The position numbers and the translations under genes are program-made. Below the pieces are notes generated by a model. The model saw nothing but the letters and a program-made list of their open reading frames with translations. It searched no databases and was not told the origin of the DNA. Shown in pieces: positions 18,412 to 29,384 of a DNA stretch of 64,000 nt (position 1 is the first letter of the stretch; the number at the start of each line of letters is the position of its first letter). Where the stretch lies: contig JBDKTL010000021.1 in assembly GCA_039698055.1 (NCBI GenBank), positions 1-64,000 of the forward strand. Reading direction: 5' to 3'. This stretch comes from Methanoregula sp. Its GTDB lineage: Archaea; Halobacteriota; Methanomicrobia; Methanomicrobiales; Methanospirillaceae.

Positions 18412-20226
18412 TTACAGCTCCACCCGGGTAACCACACCGTGGATTTTATCGGCAGGCAACCGGTAGAACTGCACCACAGACGGGGTCAGGTGCTTGATCG
18501 CGCCAAAGATGCGCCAGTAGACACGGGTAGTAACAATATCTTCCATACCGTAGAAGATCGTTTTCTCTTCGATATCGGCCTCTTTGAGGATAGCCCCGAT
18601 ATCGACAATCTCCATATACCCCAGATAAATTTCAAATATCGAAAGCCCCTTTGTCAGTTCCCGGGTAAATCCCCACGTCACGCCAAATGGCTGCTCCGTA
18701 CGGATGATGGAGATGATGATATTCTCTTCATAAATGATATTGTTCGTGAACATTGTCCGGGGAATATACTGCGGGATACGGCGGAAATCCCGGGCAAAAA
18801 AGAGAGCCGATCCCGATATCCTGTTCATAGTGGTATACACCTCATTGAATTTCGGGAGGAATTCCTCAAGAGGCACCGGACGGAGTGCATTTCCCAGAGT
18901 TTTCTGGCCGTTTACATAGATGAGAATGATCACGAACGGAATTGCGGCGATGATCAATGACCAGTATCCCCCATAGGGTATCTTATGGACATTTGCGATA
19001 AGAAACACAAACGTCACCAGAAGGACGCCCGATGCAATAATTGTTCTGATGATCTCTCCACGACGAACCAGGATCCATACGATCATAATACTTGTAAGAG
19101 CCATCGTGCCGCTTACGGCAAGGCCGTATGCCTGGGTGAGGTTGCTGGATGACTTAAAGACAATGATAATGAAAAGCACGGCACATAAAAGCATCCAGTT
19201 TACGACATCGATATAAATCTGGGATCGCAGCAGGGCAGAGGTGTATTCTATCCGCAGCAGCGGCATGATCCGCGTTGTAATGCCCTGGTAGATAATCGAG
19301 AAAATCCCGGAGATCATGGCCTGTGATGCGATAATCGTTGCGATAATACTAAGGAGCAGGAACGGGATATACAGGAATTGTGCTTCGGAAAATATCATCT
19401 CAAAAAGAATATTATGGGCACCCGGATGCTCCATGAGAAAAGCGCCCTGCCCGAGATAATTAATCGCAAGTGCAATAAAAACCAGGTACCATGCACGGAT
19501 AATCGGCTCCCTGCCCAGATGCCCCATATCGGCATACAGCGCCTCGCCGCCCGTTGCGCAGAGGATAACGGATGAGAGGATCAAAAACCCCTCAATGCCA
19601 TGCGAGGTCAGGTAGTGAATTCCGTACATGGGGTTCACCGCAAAGATGACCTGTGGTGCGTAAAAAAGCGAGAAAAGACCGGAAACTGCGAGCACTGCAA
19701 ACCATATGACCATCACCGGGCCAAATGCCCAGGCCACCCGCTCTGAACCTCGTGCCTGGATTGCAAAAAGACCGATTGCGATAGCCGCCGCGATCAGCAT
19801 GAGGATGACCTGTGTGGTATTTTCAAACCCCGGGATCAGGAGAATACCTTCGACAGCCGAGAGGATACTGATAGCCGGGGTGATCACCCCATCCCCAATG
19901 AAAAGCGATATCCCCACAATGGCCAGGAGAGAGATAAACGCCACCTGGTTACCGGATTTCAATAAGGGGAGCAGGATCTCTTTGAGCACGATCGTTCCCC
20001 CTTCACCTTTTTTACCGAGGTGCATCGCAAGGAACGTATATTCAACGGTAACAAGGATGGTAAGTGTCCAGATAATCAGGGAAAGCATGCCCATGATATT
20101 TTGTGGGGTGGGAGAGACTATGAGAAAAATGGCAGTGAACGTATAGATTGGACTGGTCCCGATATCCCCAAACACGAGCCCCATCGATTTAACGATTCCG
20201 GGCATCGCAAAATAATCCCTTAACAT
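18412..20226 (-). CDS. kup: KUP/HAK/KT potassium transporter
   Basis: GLVFGDIGTSPIY, GEGGT, DGVITPAISILSAVEG, TGGEALYADMGHLG. Confidence 0.96.
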   Translation of the reverse strand: MLRDYFAMPGIVKSMGLVFGDIGTSPIYTFTAIFLIVSPTPQNIMGMLSLIIWTLTILVTVEYTFLAMHLGKKGEGGTIVLKEILLPLLKSGNQVAFISLLAIVGISLFIGDGVITPAISILSAVEGILLIPGFENTTQVILMLIAAAIAIGLFAIQARGSERVAWAFGPVMVIWFAVLAVSGLFSLFYAPQVIFAVNPMYGIHYLTSHGIEGFLILSSVILCATGGEALYADMGHLGREPIIRAWYLVFIALAINYLGQGAFLMEHPGAHNILFEMIFSEAQFLYIPFLLLSIIATIIASQAMISGIFSIIYQGITTRIMPLLRIEYTSALLRSQIYIDVVNWMLLCAVLFIIIVFKSSSNLTQAYGLAVSGTMALTSIMIVWILVRRGEIIRTIIASGVLLVTFVFLIANVHKIPYGGYWSLIIAAIPFVIILIYVNGQKTLGNALRPVPLEEFLPKFNEVYTTMNRISGSALFFARDFRRIPQYIPRTMFTNNIIYEENIIISIIRTEQPFGVTWGFTRELTKGLSIFEIYLGYMEIVDIGAILKEADIEEKTIFYGMEDIVTTRVYWRIFGAIKHLTPSVVQFYRLPADKIHGVVTRVEL

Positions 20227-20290
20227 TGCTGATTACGCGTGGTAAGATATAGGGTATATTGTTTTCCTTTTTTAACCCCAAAACGTGTCG

Positions 20291-21331
20291 TCAGGGGTAA
20301 CTATCTGCCTTGCTCCCGTCTTGATCGACCGGTATGTTCCTTTCATTCATCCAGATCCGGTAACTTGTCATAAGAATGACGATAATGAGCGGGCCCAGCA
20401 CAAAACCGGCCAGTCCCATGGTCAGGATTCCGCCAATAATGCCGATAAACATGATGACCGGATGGATCCTCACTCGTCTCCCCACAAGCACCGGACGGAT
20501 GTAAATCTCGGGGAGACAGGAAACGACCAGGTATCCCAGGACAAAAAGAATCATCACCCCCCTCGTATCGCTTATGGAGAAAGAGTACGCCCCGATCAGG
20601 AGGAAAGCAACCGATGACCCGAGGATTGGGATGAGCTCGCAAAACGCCGCGAGGAAAGAATAAAACAGGATGTTCCCGTACCCGAGAAGATAAAATACCG
20701 GCAGGGAAATAAAAAATGTCAGGACGGCAATTGCAATCTGGACAATATAAATTGCATACAGGATATCGAAGGTAACCGGTGAAAGCTGCTCTGCATAGCC
20801 TCTGACGGATCTGGGTAACCGCGCCATAATTCTTGCCTTGAGTTCCTCTCCATGGAGGAGAAGCATGAACAACGAGAAGAAAAAGATGAACAGTTTAAAT
20901 GCAATCGTTGGGATATTGCCGGTGATCGTTGTCCAATAATTGAGAAACAACGAATCCCCTTCATAAAATAGGGCAGCAAAAGTTCCTTTGTTGAGCGGAA
21001 GGCCAAATACGGTCGGATTCGAGGCAGGATTGCCAAGCCATGCACCGATAGTAGTGAACAGGCCGGTGAGTGTCCCGGTATTTGCCTGCAGAATGCTGAT
21101 CGTGACAAAGGCAAAACCGGCAAATATAAGGAAAACCGCCGCTGTCACGACAGATGCAGAAATAATCCGGTTCGTTTTTCCAGAGAGGGTGTGATGAAGC
21201 GGGATAAGGACAACGGCAAGGGATGCTCCCAGCAGCACCATATCCATAACGGACCAGAATGCGACAAGTGCAGCAAGGCTGATGATCACGATGAGGAGAA
21301 ACCGGTACATCTCCCCGGAGAATCTTGCCAT
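20291..21331 (-). CDS. AI-2E family transporter
   Basis: Multi-TM, ELIPILG, IRPVLVG..IHPVIMFIGIIGG..GFVLGPLI. Start revised to MARFSG. Confidence 0.9.
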   Translation of the reverse strand: MARFSGEMYRFLLIVIISLAALVAFWSVMDMVLLGASLAVVLIPLHHTLSGKTNRIISASVVTAAVFLIFAGFAFVTISILQANTGTLTGLFTTIGAWLGNPASNPTVFGLPLNKGTFAALFYEGDSLFLNYWTTITGNIPTIAFKLFIFFFSLFMLLLHGEELKARIMARLPRSVRGYAEQLSPVTFDILYAIYIVQIAIAVLTFFISLPVFYLLGYGNILFYSFLAAFCELIPILGSSVAFLLIGAYSFSISDTRGVMILFVLGYLVVSCLPEIYIRPVLVGRRVRIHPVIMFIGIIGGILTMGLAGFVLGPLIIVILMTSYRIWMNERNIPVDQDGSKADSYP

Positions 21332-21723
21332 GGATGAATATATGTTGTGCTGGGGCAGTATGAAAATATCGGGCAGCGGCGTCTCATGGTTTAAAAGAGC
21401 GCGAACATTTCCCACCACACCGGGCAGGTAATAAAAACCCGGCAGCGGTCTTCCCCGCATGGATCGTGATGAATGCTGCTGACTCTGTCCCGGTTTCCAT
21501 TCCGCCCGGCAAAACCTGTTTATTGAATGTCTGGCCTGTCCCGCCCGGCAGGAAGCGATTTTTTTTCATCCAGGATATGGCGATGACCCGGGGGGATTTT
21601 TTTTCATGACATGCACCTCCCCGCCGGCAGTTCTGTGAAGCAAGCAGCATAAAATGTCCGGCACGATAACGCAGGCACAAAAACCCATAACAATATAGAA
21701 TAACCAACCATCTTGTTTATCAG

Positions 21724-23217
21724 ATGAAACGTTTCGACCACCTTGCCATGATTGCACACGATGTGGGGTATATCTTTAAGTTTCTGGGGCTGGTGACCCT
21801 TGTACCCTTTATTGTGCTTGTGATATTCCAGGAATGGGATCTTATTCTCCCCATGGCGGCTGTACCGGTAACCTTTCTGGTGCTGTGGCGTCTCATCCTG
21901 CTTATACCGAAAAATGATTTCGATCCCCCGCTCTCGACAACACTGATTGCAGTTTCGATCTCATGGGTCATGATTGCGCTTGTCGGTGCGCTGCCTTTCA
22001 TGCTGGGGATGCATATGTCCTATTTAGACAGCATCTTTGAAGCGATGGCCGGCTGGACGGGAACAGCATTTACCATGATCCCGTCTCTTGACGATACACC
22101 AAATACTCTCCTTTTCTGGCGGTCGTTTATGCAGTGGATTGGAGGCATAGGCATCATCGCTTTTGGTATCTCGATGCGCCGCAAGACCCGTCTTTCACTC
22201 TTCCGGCTTTTCCGGTCTGAGGGAAAACCTGAAGATTTGATGTCCAATGCGCAATCCACCAGCTGGAGGATGTGGAAAATATATATTTTTCTTACTGCGG
22301 CTTTTACCGGGCTGATCATGCTCGCCGGCATACCTTTGTGGGATTCGATCAACCTGGTTATGACCGGGATTTCCACCGGAGGTTTTACCCTGCACAGCGC
22401 CGGGATTAGTTATTACCATAACCCGCTGCTCGAGATGCTGCTCATCCCGGTGATGATTGCCGGTGCACTCCCGTTCAAGATTTTTTTCCTGATGTACCGT
22501 GGAAAACTTCCCGATATGTTTCATGATACTATCGTCAGGCTGCTGTTAGTCCTCATGCTCGTGGGATCGATTTTTATCTCTCTTGATCTCTATATTTTCG
22601 GCGATGTCACGCTCACGACCGCATTCCGGGAAGGTGTATTCTGCGCCGTTTCTGCCATGTCCACCTGCGGGTTCCAGAACTCCAACCCCCACATCTGGGC
22701 AACAATTCCTTTGGCTATCCTCACCATGATGATATTTATCGGCGGAGCGATGGGAAGCGCGGCCGGAGGAATCAAAGTAAACCGGGTGGCTTTGGCATAC
22801 GAAGGGGTTAAATGGTGGTTCCGGCGTTTCTTTGTGAGCAGCAGGGTGATGGTTCCGTTCCGGTTTGAGGGAAAACAGCTCTCAAAAGAGATCTCGGAAC
22901 TGGAGATCTCCCGCAACCTTCTTGTTATTGCCCTGTACGTGATCACGATTTTTAGTGCGACCATTGTCTGTCTTCACCTGTATATTACTTCGTTTCATCT
23001 GGACGAAGTGGTCTTTGAGATCGTGTCGGCACTGAGTAATACCGGGATGAGTGTCGGATTGATGACTGCCTCAAGCCCGGTCGCGATCAAAGGAGTATTT
23101 ATCGTTTTGATGTGGCTGGGAAGAATGGAGATTGTTCCGGTCGTAATCCTTGCAATGGGGATATACAAGGGGGTTAAATCGGAACTCGCAAAAGAACTCC
23201 CGGGGGAGTCAGCATAA
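21724..23217 (+). CDS. trkH: TrkH-family K+ uptake membrane subunit
   Basis: FWRSFMQWIGGIG, ISTGGF, STCGF, GGAMGSAAGGIK, SALSNTG, MWLGRME. Confidence 0.93.
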   Translation: MKRFDHLAMIAHDVGYIFKFLGLVTLVPFIVLVIFQEWDLILPMAAVPVTFLVLWRLILLIPKNDFDPPLSTTLIAVSISWVMIALVGALPFMLGMHMSYLDSIFEAMAGWTGTAFTMIPSLDDTPNTLLFWRSFMQWIGGIGIIAFGISMRRKTRLSLFRLFRSEGKPEDLMSNAQSTSWRMWKIYIFLTAAFTGLIMLAGIPLWDSINLVMTGISTGGFTLHSAGISYYHNPLLEMLLIPVMIAGALPFKIFFLMYRGKLPDMFHDTIVRLLLVLMLVGSIFISLDLYIFGDVTLTTAFREGVFCAVSAMSTCGFQNSNPHIWATIPLAILTMMIFIGGAMGSAAGGIKVNRVALAYEGVKWWFRRFFVSSRVMVPFRFEGKQLSKEISELEISRNLLVIALYVITIFSATIVCLHLYITSFHLDEVVFEIVSALSNTGMSVGLMTASSPVAIKGVFIVLMWLGRMEIVPVVILAMGIYKGVKSELAKELPGESA

Positions 23218-23422
23218 AAAAAGCTGACGTTTGCAGGTAAATTATTGCAGGGCCGGGGATTTGCACCGGGCAATCCTCATCACGCAGGCAATGAGGTTCT
23301 CGCGGGTTATCACTTCCGGTGCATGGATCACAGAACAGGGCGGTCCCGCACCAGAATAATCTCAACTATCTACCTCTTCTGTAGGGTCGCCACGGACCAG
23401 CTACCAGTAACAGACTTAAAAA

Positions 23423-25096
23423 TCAGGTCTCAAACAGGGGCACATCATGAAACGCCGTGCAATCAAAAACACCCCGGTCCGTGATCCTCAGAGACGGCAC
23501 AACAGTCAGCGCAAGGAACGACAGGTACATGAACGGGTCGGCAATGCCGCCCATCTGCCGGGTAACGGCATGCAGTTTTTCGAGCCGGGCAACAACGTTG
23601 TCATATGGCAGCGTGGACATAAGCCCGGCGTAGTCCAGCGGGAGAAGCGTTACTTCCCCGGCATCCACCGCAGCCATACCCCCCTGTGCCCCGGTTACTG
23701 CACCCATCGCAGCGAGAATCTCGGGGTCACTGCAGCCAACCGCAATAATATTGTGTGCATCGTGAGAGACACTGGACGCAATTGCCCCGTGCATAAACCC
23801 AAACCCGTGCACGAGCCCAACACCGCACGTGTCCGTAGGGTGGTACCGGTTGCAGACCACCACCTTGAGGATGTCCCTCCCGGTATCGGGAATTCCTGTC
23901 GCAGCGATGGGATAGCGCAGCGATTCGGTGAGGATCTGGTGGGGCACAATGCCAATCACCCGGGCAGTCCCCGACCCATCAAGCCGGATCATATCAGGTG
24001 ACGGCGCCGTGCAGGCAACCGTGGGAGGGAAAGCGGGGAGTTGTGCCGGGATAAAAGTATCGGTCGGTTTGCCCCTTGAAAATGTCTGTTTAACAACAAA
24101 TTTTTCCAGATCGTCGACAATGCAGAAATCTGCCCGGCGCCCCGGTGCAAGCGCTCCCCGGTCGTGGAGCCCGAACCGGTCTGCAGCAGAGAGCGTTGCC
24201 ATCCGGAGCGCCAGTTCGAGATCCAGCCCGCATTCGACTGCCCTCCTGATGCACCGGTCAATATGGCCGGCGCTTTCGAGCAGGTCGGCATGGCAGTCAT
24301 CAGTCGCAAAACAGCACCGGGAAACGTTTGCTGGTGTGACAAGGGAGATGAGCGCTGGAATGTTCTGCTCGGTAGACCCCTCGCGGATGAAGATATACAT
24401 CCCGCGCCGGAGTTTTTCTTCGGCTTCCGCCCGGCTCGTGCACTCGTGATCGCTTGTGAGCCCCGCAAGCACGTACGCGTTCAGGTCAGCCCCTGACAGT
24501 TGGGGTGCATGCCCGTCCCGGATTGGCATGAGGGCGAGTTTGTCCCGGATGCCCGGGTCACCGGCAAGCACACCGGGCACATTCATCATTTCCCCAAGCC
24601 CGATGACCCCTTCCCGCCCGACAAACGGTGCAAGGTCCGGGGCTGCAAGCGTCGCACCCCCGATATCGGCCGGTGTTGCCGGTACACAGGAGGGCAGCAT
24701 AAACAGCAGGTCCACCGGTGCGCCGGCACGCCCGGCCAACATGTAGTCGATACCCTTTGCCCCGGCTACATTTGCAATCTCGTGCGGGTCGGCAATCACG
24801 GTTGTTGTCCCGTGGCGTGCGACCAGCCGTGCATATTCCGGCGGGGCAAGCAGGGAACTTTCAATATGCACATGGGCATCGATCAGCCCCGGGATCACAT
24901 ACGCGCCGCTGAGGTTCCGTTCACGGATCCCATGATACTCTGTACCGATCCCGACAATGATCCCATCTTTTACAGCGAAATCAGAGAGTTCCCATTCGCA
25001 GGTGAACGGGTTGAACAGGTCTGCGTGCCGGTACACTGTATCTGCCGGCGTCATGCCGCGAGCTGCCATGATCCGCGCCAGCATTTTATCAGGCAT
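23423..25096 (-). CDS. ade: Adenine deaminase
   Basis: PGLIDAHVHIESS, DPHEIANV, LGEMMN, SDHEC, ATDD, SHDAHN. Confidence 0.95.
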   Translation of the reverse strand: MPDKMLARIMAARGMTPADTVYRHADLFNPFTCEWELSDFAVKDGIIVGIGTEYHGIRERNLSGAYVIPGLIDAHVHIESSLLAPPEYARLVARHGTTTVIADPHEIANVAGAKGIDYMLAGRAGAPVDLLFMLPSCVPATPADIGGATLAAPDLAPFVGREGVIGLGEMMNVPGVLAGDPGIRDKLALMPIRDGHAPQLSGADLNAYVLAGLTSDHECTSRAEAEEKLRRGMYIFIREGSTEQNIPALISLVTPANVSRCCFATDDCHADLLESAGHIDRCIRRAVECGLDLELALRMATLSAADRFGLHDRGALAPGRRADFCIVDDLEKFVVKQTFSRGKPTDTFIPAQLPAFPPTVACTAPSPDMIRLDGSGTARVIGIVPHQILTESLRYPIAATGIPDTGRDILKVVVCNRYHPTDTCGVGLVHGFGFMHGAIASSVSHDAHNIIAVGCSDPEILAAMGAVTGAQGGMAAVDAGEVTLLPLDYAGLMSTLPYDNVVARLEKLHAVTRQMGGIADPFMYLSFLALTVVPSLRITDRGVFDCTAFHDVPLFET

Positions 25097-25099
25097 CGT

Positions 25100-25450
25100 T
25101 CACACCACCATATCCCGGATGACTGCCGTCTGGCGTTCGCCATTGATCGTGAGATAGACATAGAGTTTGTACGAGCCGGGCTCCATCTGTACAGGTATAT
25201 CGATCAAATGGGTACCTGCTGGCAGATACGCCGGTGCCCCGGTCACCTCGCGCTCCTGCTGGCTGAGCCCGTTAACCTGAAAAATCCGTACCTGTACCCC
25301 GGCATCAACCGGGTTACCGCTGTTGGTTACGGAAACCGACAGGTTGCCATGATCATACCGGACGGTATTGACGGCAAGGGAAGTACACCCGGCAGAAAAA
25401 AGCAGGAGCATGATACAAACCGCCGAAATACCCAGCGCTCGTACGGACAT
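25100..25450 (-). CDS. Small lipoprotein-like hypothetical protein
   Basis: Hydrophobic signal ending FSAGC (lipobox-like), then a beta-rich domain. Confidence 0.7.
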   Translation of the reverse strand: MSVRALGISAVCIMLLLFSAGCTSLAVNTVRYDHGNLSVSVTNSGNPVDAGVQVRIFQVNGLSQQEREVTGAPAYLPAGTHLIDIPVQMEPGSYKLYVYLTINGERQTAVIRDMVV

Positions 25451-25976
25451 ATACCAGATGTAAAATTGTGCACCCATAAAACCCTGCCGCATTCATTTAC
25501 CGGCAGCCATGAGTGGGCTTTTTTATCATAATCATTTTTTATGGCACCTGAATTAAAGGGTACACATGAACTTCCTCGCAGGGAGCAAAAAAAATCTTTC
25601 ATGCCGTTCTGATATGATGAAATAATTGTTTTTCGTTCATTGATGAGGGTCAATAGATTTTTTATTTCAGATTCATCCGGGAAGAAAACTGCAAAAATGG
25701 ATCGACTCATTGAAAAAAATTTTCTTTTCTTTGCTGCGATTCCCGTTTGCCCAAAAAAAATTGTTTTCACGAAAAACACGCAATTGGTCAGGGTCTGTTG
25801 CAAAGAACCAGACCAGCGCACATCAATGACACCATTTCCATACCATAAAAAACCCCATGATGTCTAAACAAATCCACAATTTCCCATGAAAATTAAAAAC
25901 CTCCACAATTCACCTTGTAACTAAAAAGCAAACGTATTTGACTATTAATCGATAAAACGTTGTCATAGGTAATTAC

Positions 25977-26870
25977 ATGACCATAATCGCGTTCTCCCAT
26001 CATAAAGGCGGTACCGGGAAAACAACATCCTGCCTGAATATCGCCGGATTCTGCGAAAAGTCCGGGAAGCGCGTGCTGGTTGTAGACTGCGACCCCCAGG
26101 CAAACGCAACCACCGGCCTTGGTGTGATCCCGGATTCATGCAGGCAGAACATCTACGACATCTTCATGAGCCGGGCCGAAGGATTCCCGCAGGTGACGAT
26201 GAAAGATATCATCGTAAAAACCAGTTCGGGAATCGACCTCGCACCTTCAAATCTTGACCTTGTCGGCGCCGAACCGTACCTGTACCAGATCGATTCCCGT
26301 GCGTCGGTTTTAAAAGAAGCGCTTGACCCGGTGAATGATTCATATGACCTGATCCTGATCGACACCCCGCCAAGCATGGGCCAGTTTGTCATCAACGGAC
26401 TTTTTGCCGCAGATCATATCATTGTCACGCTCGATTCCGGCTCGTTTGCACTCAACGGTATCTCCACGCTTACGACGATTTTTAACGATATGCGCCAGGA
26501 TCTCAAAAAAGATATTCACATGGATATGGCGATCATCTCCCGGTGGAATGAGGCAGGCCTGGCGGAACTAAAAGACAAGCAACCGGAAAAAACAGACTTT
26601 TTCTCCCGGCTCAAAAACCTCTTTGGCACAACGCAGGTCATTTCACCGGAAGAAGAACTTGCACGGTTCGAACAGGAACAGGAGCGGGAACGCCAGTCAG
26701 TGATCTTATCCGATATCCGCTCACGGTTTTCAGCTGTTTTCACGGTACCGTATTCGCCGGAAATCTATGACGCCCAGAAACGCGGCATGCCAATCTCGCA
26801 TGTCGCTCCTGCAAGTAGTGCCGGACAGGCATATCGTACGATCACCGATGAGGTGTTAACATGGAAATAA
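25977..26870 (+). CDS. ParA/Soj-like ATPase associated with chemotaxis genes
   Basis: [22 protein letters not shown]. Overlaps the start of the MCP gene. Confidence 0.92.
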   Translation: MTIIAFSHHKGGTGKTTSCLNIAGFCEKSGKRVLVVDCDPQANATTGLGVIPDSCRQNIYDIFMSRAEGFPQVTMKDIIVKTSSGIDLAPSNLDLVGAEPYLYQIDSRASVLKEALDPVNDSYDLILIDTPPSMGQFVINGLFAADHIIVTLDSGSFALNGISTLTTIFNDMRQDLKKDIHMDMAIISRWNEAGLAELKDKQPEKTDFFSRLKNLFGTTQVISPEEELARFEQEQERERQSVILSDIRSRFSAVFTVPYSPEIYDAQKRGMPISHVAPASSAGQAYRTITDEVLTWK

Positions 26871-28852
26871 TTGATTTTGAACAGATTATCAAAAGAGCAG
26901 CTGACGGAGATTTTACCGTCCGTGCCGATGAGAACCGGGCAAGCCCCGAAGTAAAACCGCTTATTATGCAGTTCAACCGGCTGATGGAAAAAACTGCTGA
27001 TATCGCAGAAAAGAAACACCGTGCAGACACGATGATTAAGTTCAACCCGCTTGCGATCGCCATCCTCAAGCGGGACAAGGCAATAGTCAATATCAATAAG
27101 AAGTATGAGTCGCTCTGGCGGGGAACCCGTGAAGAACTGATAAAAAAGAAACTCTACGATTTTGACATCACGGTTCTTTCCGGTGAACATTTCTATGCCT
27201 GTTTTGATACGAGAAAACTCTCCACCAGCAACTGCCTCGTGAAATGGCCTGATGGCACAATAAAATATCTTACCCTGCACGCAATGCCGATGCAGGACGC
27301 CCACGGAGATGTTGACGGCGCATTCTATTTCTGGATTGACACCACCGAGATCCATGAAAAGATCGAGGAGGCAAAGAAAGTCGAGGGGCAGGTCGACCGG
27401 ATCCTCCAGGAAAATCCCTACGCCCTCTTCACCATTGCAACAGACCTGTCGATAAAGACCGCAAACCAGGCATTTCTCAAACTGACCGGCTATTCACGTG
27501 ATGTGATTTCCCGGCTCTCGATGAAGGATTTCAAGTACCTCAAGAATAAAGGTGCCAGTGTTGAAACTGCCATCCGGTCCAAGCAGCGGGCAGAAGGGGA
27601 GTCCACGATCGAATTTCCCCGCGGAACACTCCTTATTGAATGGTTCTACATCCCCCTGCTGGACAAAGAGGGATTGGTAGAGAACCTGCTCGTTGTGTAT
27701 AACGACATCACCGACCGGCGCAAAAAAGAAGAAGAGATCCGGGTGATGATGGAAGATTCGCAGAAAAAGGCAGCTACCCTGTCGGAAAGTGCCGCTATCC
27801 TTGAAAACGGCCTTTCCCACATGGCAACCGGGAACCTCACCTTCACCGCAGGCATCGTCGAAGGCGATCCGTTGATCACCCTCAAGCAGGATTATAACAA
27901 GGCAATCGTTTCCATCAAAAACGTGATCGAAGAGATTGGGAAAGCCTCAAGCCAGCTCGATGTCACCACGCAGGATACGAGCAAAAGCACGCAGGAGATC
28001 TCAAAATCTGCCGAGCAGGTAGCAATTGCCACCCAGAAATCTGCGGACAATACCAAAAAACAATTGGACGAGATCGAAAAAGTCAGCAGGAACGTCTCCG
28101 ATCTCTCGGCATCCATTGAAGAGATCGCGAGCACTTCCCATGGCCTGATGGAGCATGCAAAGAAAGCAGCAACCGAAGGCAACCAGGCAGCGGATCTTGG
28201 GAAAGTTGCGACCGCCAAGATGCAGATGGTCGAAAAGATCGCCGGGGAAAGCGTCAGCGAGATCACGGCCCTCAACGAACGGATGAAAGAGATCTCAAAC
28301 ATCGTCAAGATGATTGCCGATATCTCCAGCCAGACCAACCTCCTTGCCTTAAACGCGGCAATCGAAGCAGCCCGGGCCGGAGAACATGGCCGGGGTTTTG
28401 CCGTTGTTGCCGGTGAAGTGCGCAACCTTGCCGGGGAATCAAAAACTGCAACAAACCACATCGAGAGCCTGATCTCATCCATCCAGAATAACAGTGACAA
28501 GACTGCTGCTGCAATCAAGAGTTCCTATCTTGAGATCCAGGCAGGTATCGAGAGCGTGAACAAAACCATTGAGGCGCTCAACCGGATTACGGCGGAATCA
28601 AACATTGTCGCACAGGGTGTCACCGAGATCACGAAAGCCACTGAAGACCAGGCGGACGCAACAAACAGGGTCATGCAGGGCATGGAGCAGACAAACGCCA
28701 TCACCCGGGAGAACCAGGAGCGGATGGAGGATATGGCGGCACTTGCACAAGAGACGAGCGCATCCACCGAAGAGATCGCGAGCGCGTCTGCGGAACTTGC
28801 GGCAATGGCTGAACGGCTCAAGACCATGATGGAAAAGTTCACGCTGAGGTGA
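26861..28852 (+). CDS. Soluble chemoreceptor (HAMP-like, 2 PAS, MCP signalling domain)
   Basis: [40 protein letters not shown]. Two PAS units. No TM. Confidence 0.93.
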   Translation: MEIIDFEQIIKRAADGDFTVRADENRASPEVKPLIMQFNRLMEKTADIAEKKHRADTMIKFNPLAIAILKRDKAIVNINKKYESLWRGTREELIKKKLYDFDITVLSGEHFYACFDTRKLSTSNCLVKWPDGTIKYLTLHAMPMQDAHGDVDGAFYFWIDTTEIHEKIEEAKKVEGQVDRILQENPYALFTIATDLSIKTANQAFLKLTGYSRDVISRLSMKDFKYLKNKGASVETAIRSKQRAEGESTIEFPRGTLLIEWFYIPLLDKEGLVENLLVVYNDITDRRKKEEEIRVMMEDSQKKAATLSESAAILENGLSHMATGNLTFTAGIVEGDPLITLKQDYNKAIVSIKNVIEEIGKASSQLDVTTQDTSKSTQEISKSAEQVAIATQKSADNTKKQLDEIEKVSRNVSDLSASIEEIASTSHGLMEHAKKAATEGNQAADLGKVATAKMQMVEKIAGESVSEITALNERMKEISNIVKMIADISSQTNLLALNAAIEAARAGEHGRGFAVVAGEVRNLAGESKTATNHIESLISSIQNNSDKTAAAIKSSYLEIQAGIESVNKTIEALNRITAESNIVAQGVTEITKATEDQADATNRVMQGMEQTNAITRENQERMEDMAALAQETSASTEEIASASAELAAMAERLKTMMEKFTLR

Positions 28853-28855
28853 GTG

Positions 28856-29326
28856 ATGGCGGCAAACATCGACGTGGTAGAATTTGAACTGGGTGGGGAG
28901 CGCTATGCGCTTGATATCCAGCTGGCCCGCGAGATCGTGGAGATGATCCCCATAACCCCGATACCGCGTGCACCGGCGTATATATCCGGCGTAATCAACC
29001 TTCGCGGCGAGATCACCAACATCATGAACCTTAACACGCTGCTTGGCCTCAGGAACACAGAGGTTCGGGACAACCAGAAGATCATTGTCCTTGTTCCCGA
29101 AGCCGCCGGAGGAAGCAATGTCGGCATCATCGTCGACGATGTATCGAGCGTGATGCAGATACCTGAAACGGATATCGAGAGCATGGGTGAAGGGTTTTCT
29201 TCGGAATTCTCCCATTTTGTCAAAGGCATCATCAAGGTCCGTGGCGACGATGCGGAAAAGAAGAGTAAAAGCCTGATCATCTGGATCGATATGCAGAAAG
29301 TGCTCAAGGATCTGGTGAGCCAGTGA
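28856..29326 (+). CDS. cheW: Chemotaxis adaptor CheW
   Basis: FELGGERYAL..ITPIPRAPAYISGVINLRG..GIIVDDV. Confidence 0.95.
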   Translation: MAANIDVVEFELGGERYALDIQLAREIVEMIPITPIPRAPAYISGVINLRGEITNIMNLNTLLGLRNTEVRDNQKIIVLVPEAAGGSNVGIIVDDVSSVMQIPETDIESMGEGFSSEFSHFVKGIIKVRGDDAEKKSKSLIIWIDMQKVLKDLVSQ

Positions 29327-29384
29327 CGGGTCAATGTCATCCGGATTCATGGGATCGTGAAGGAAAAATGCGAGAGGAAAACAT

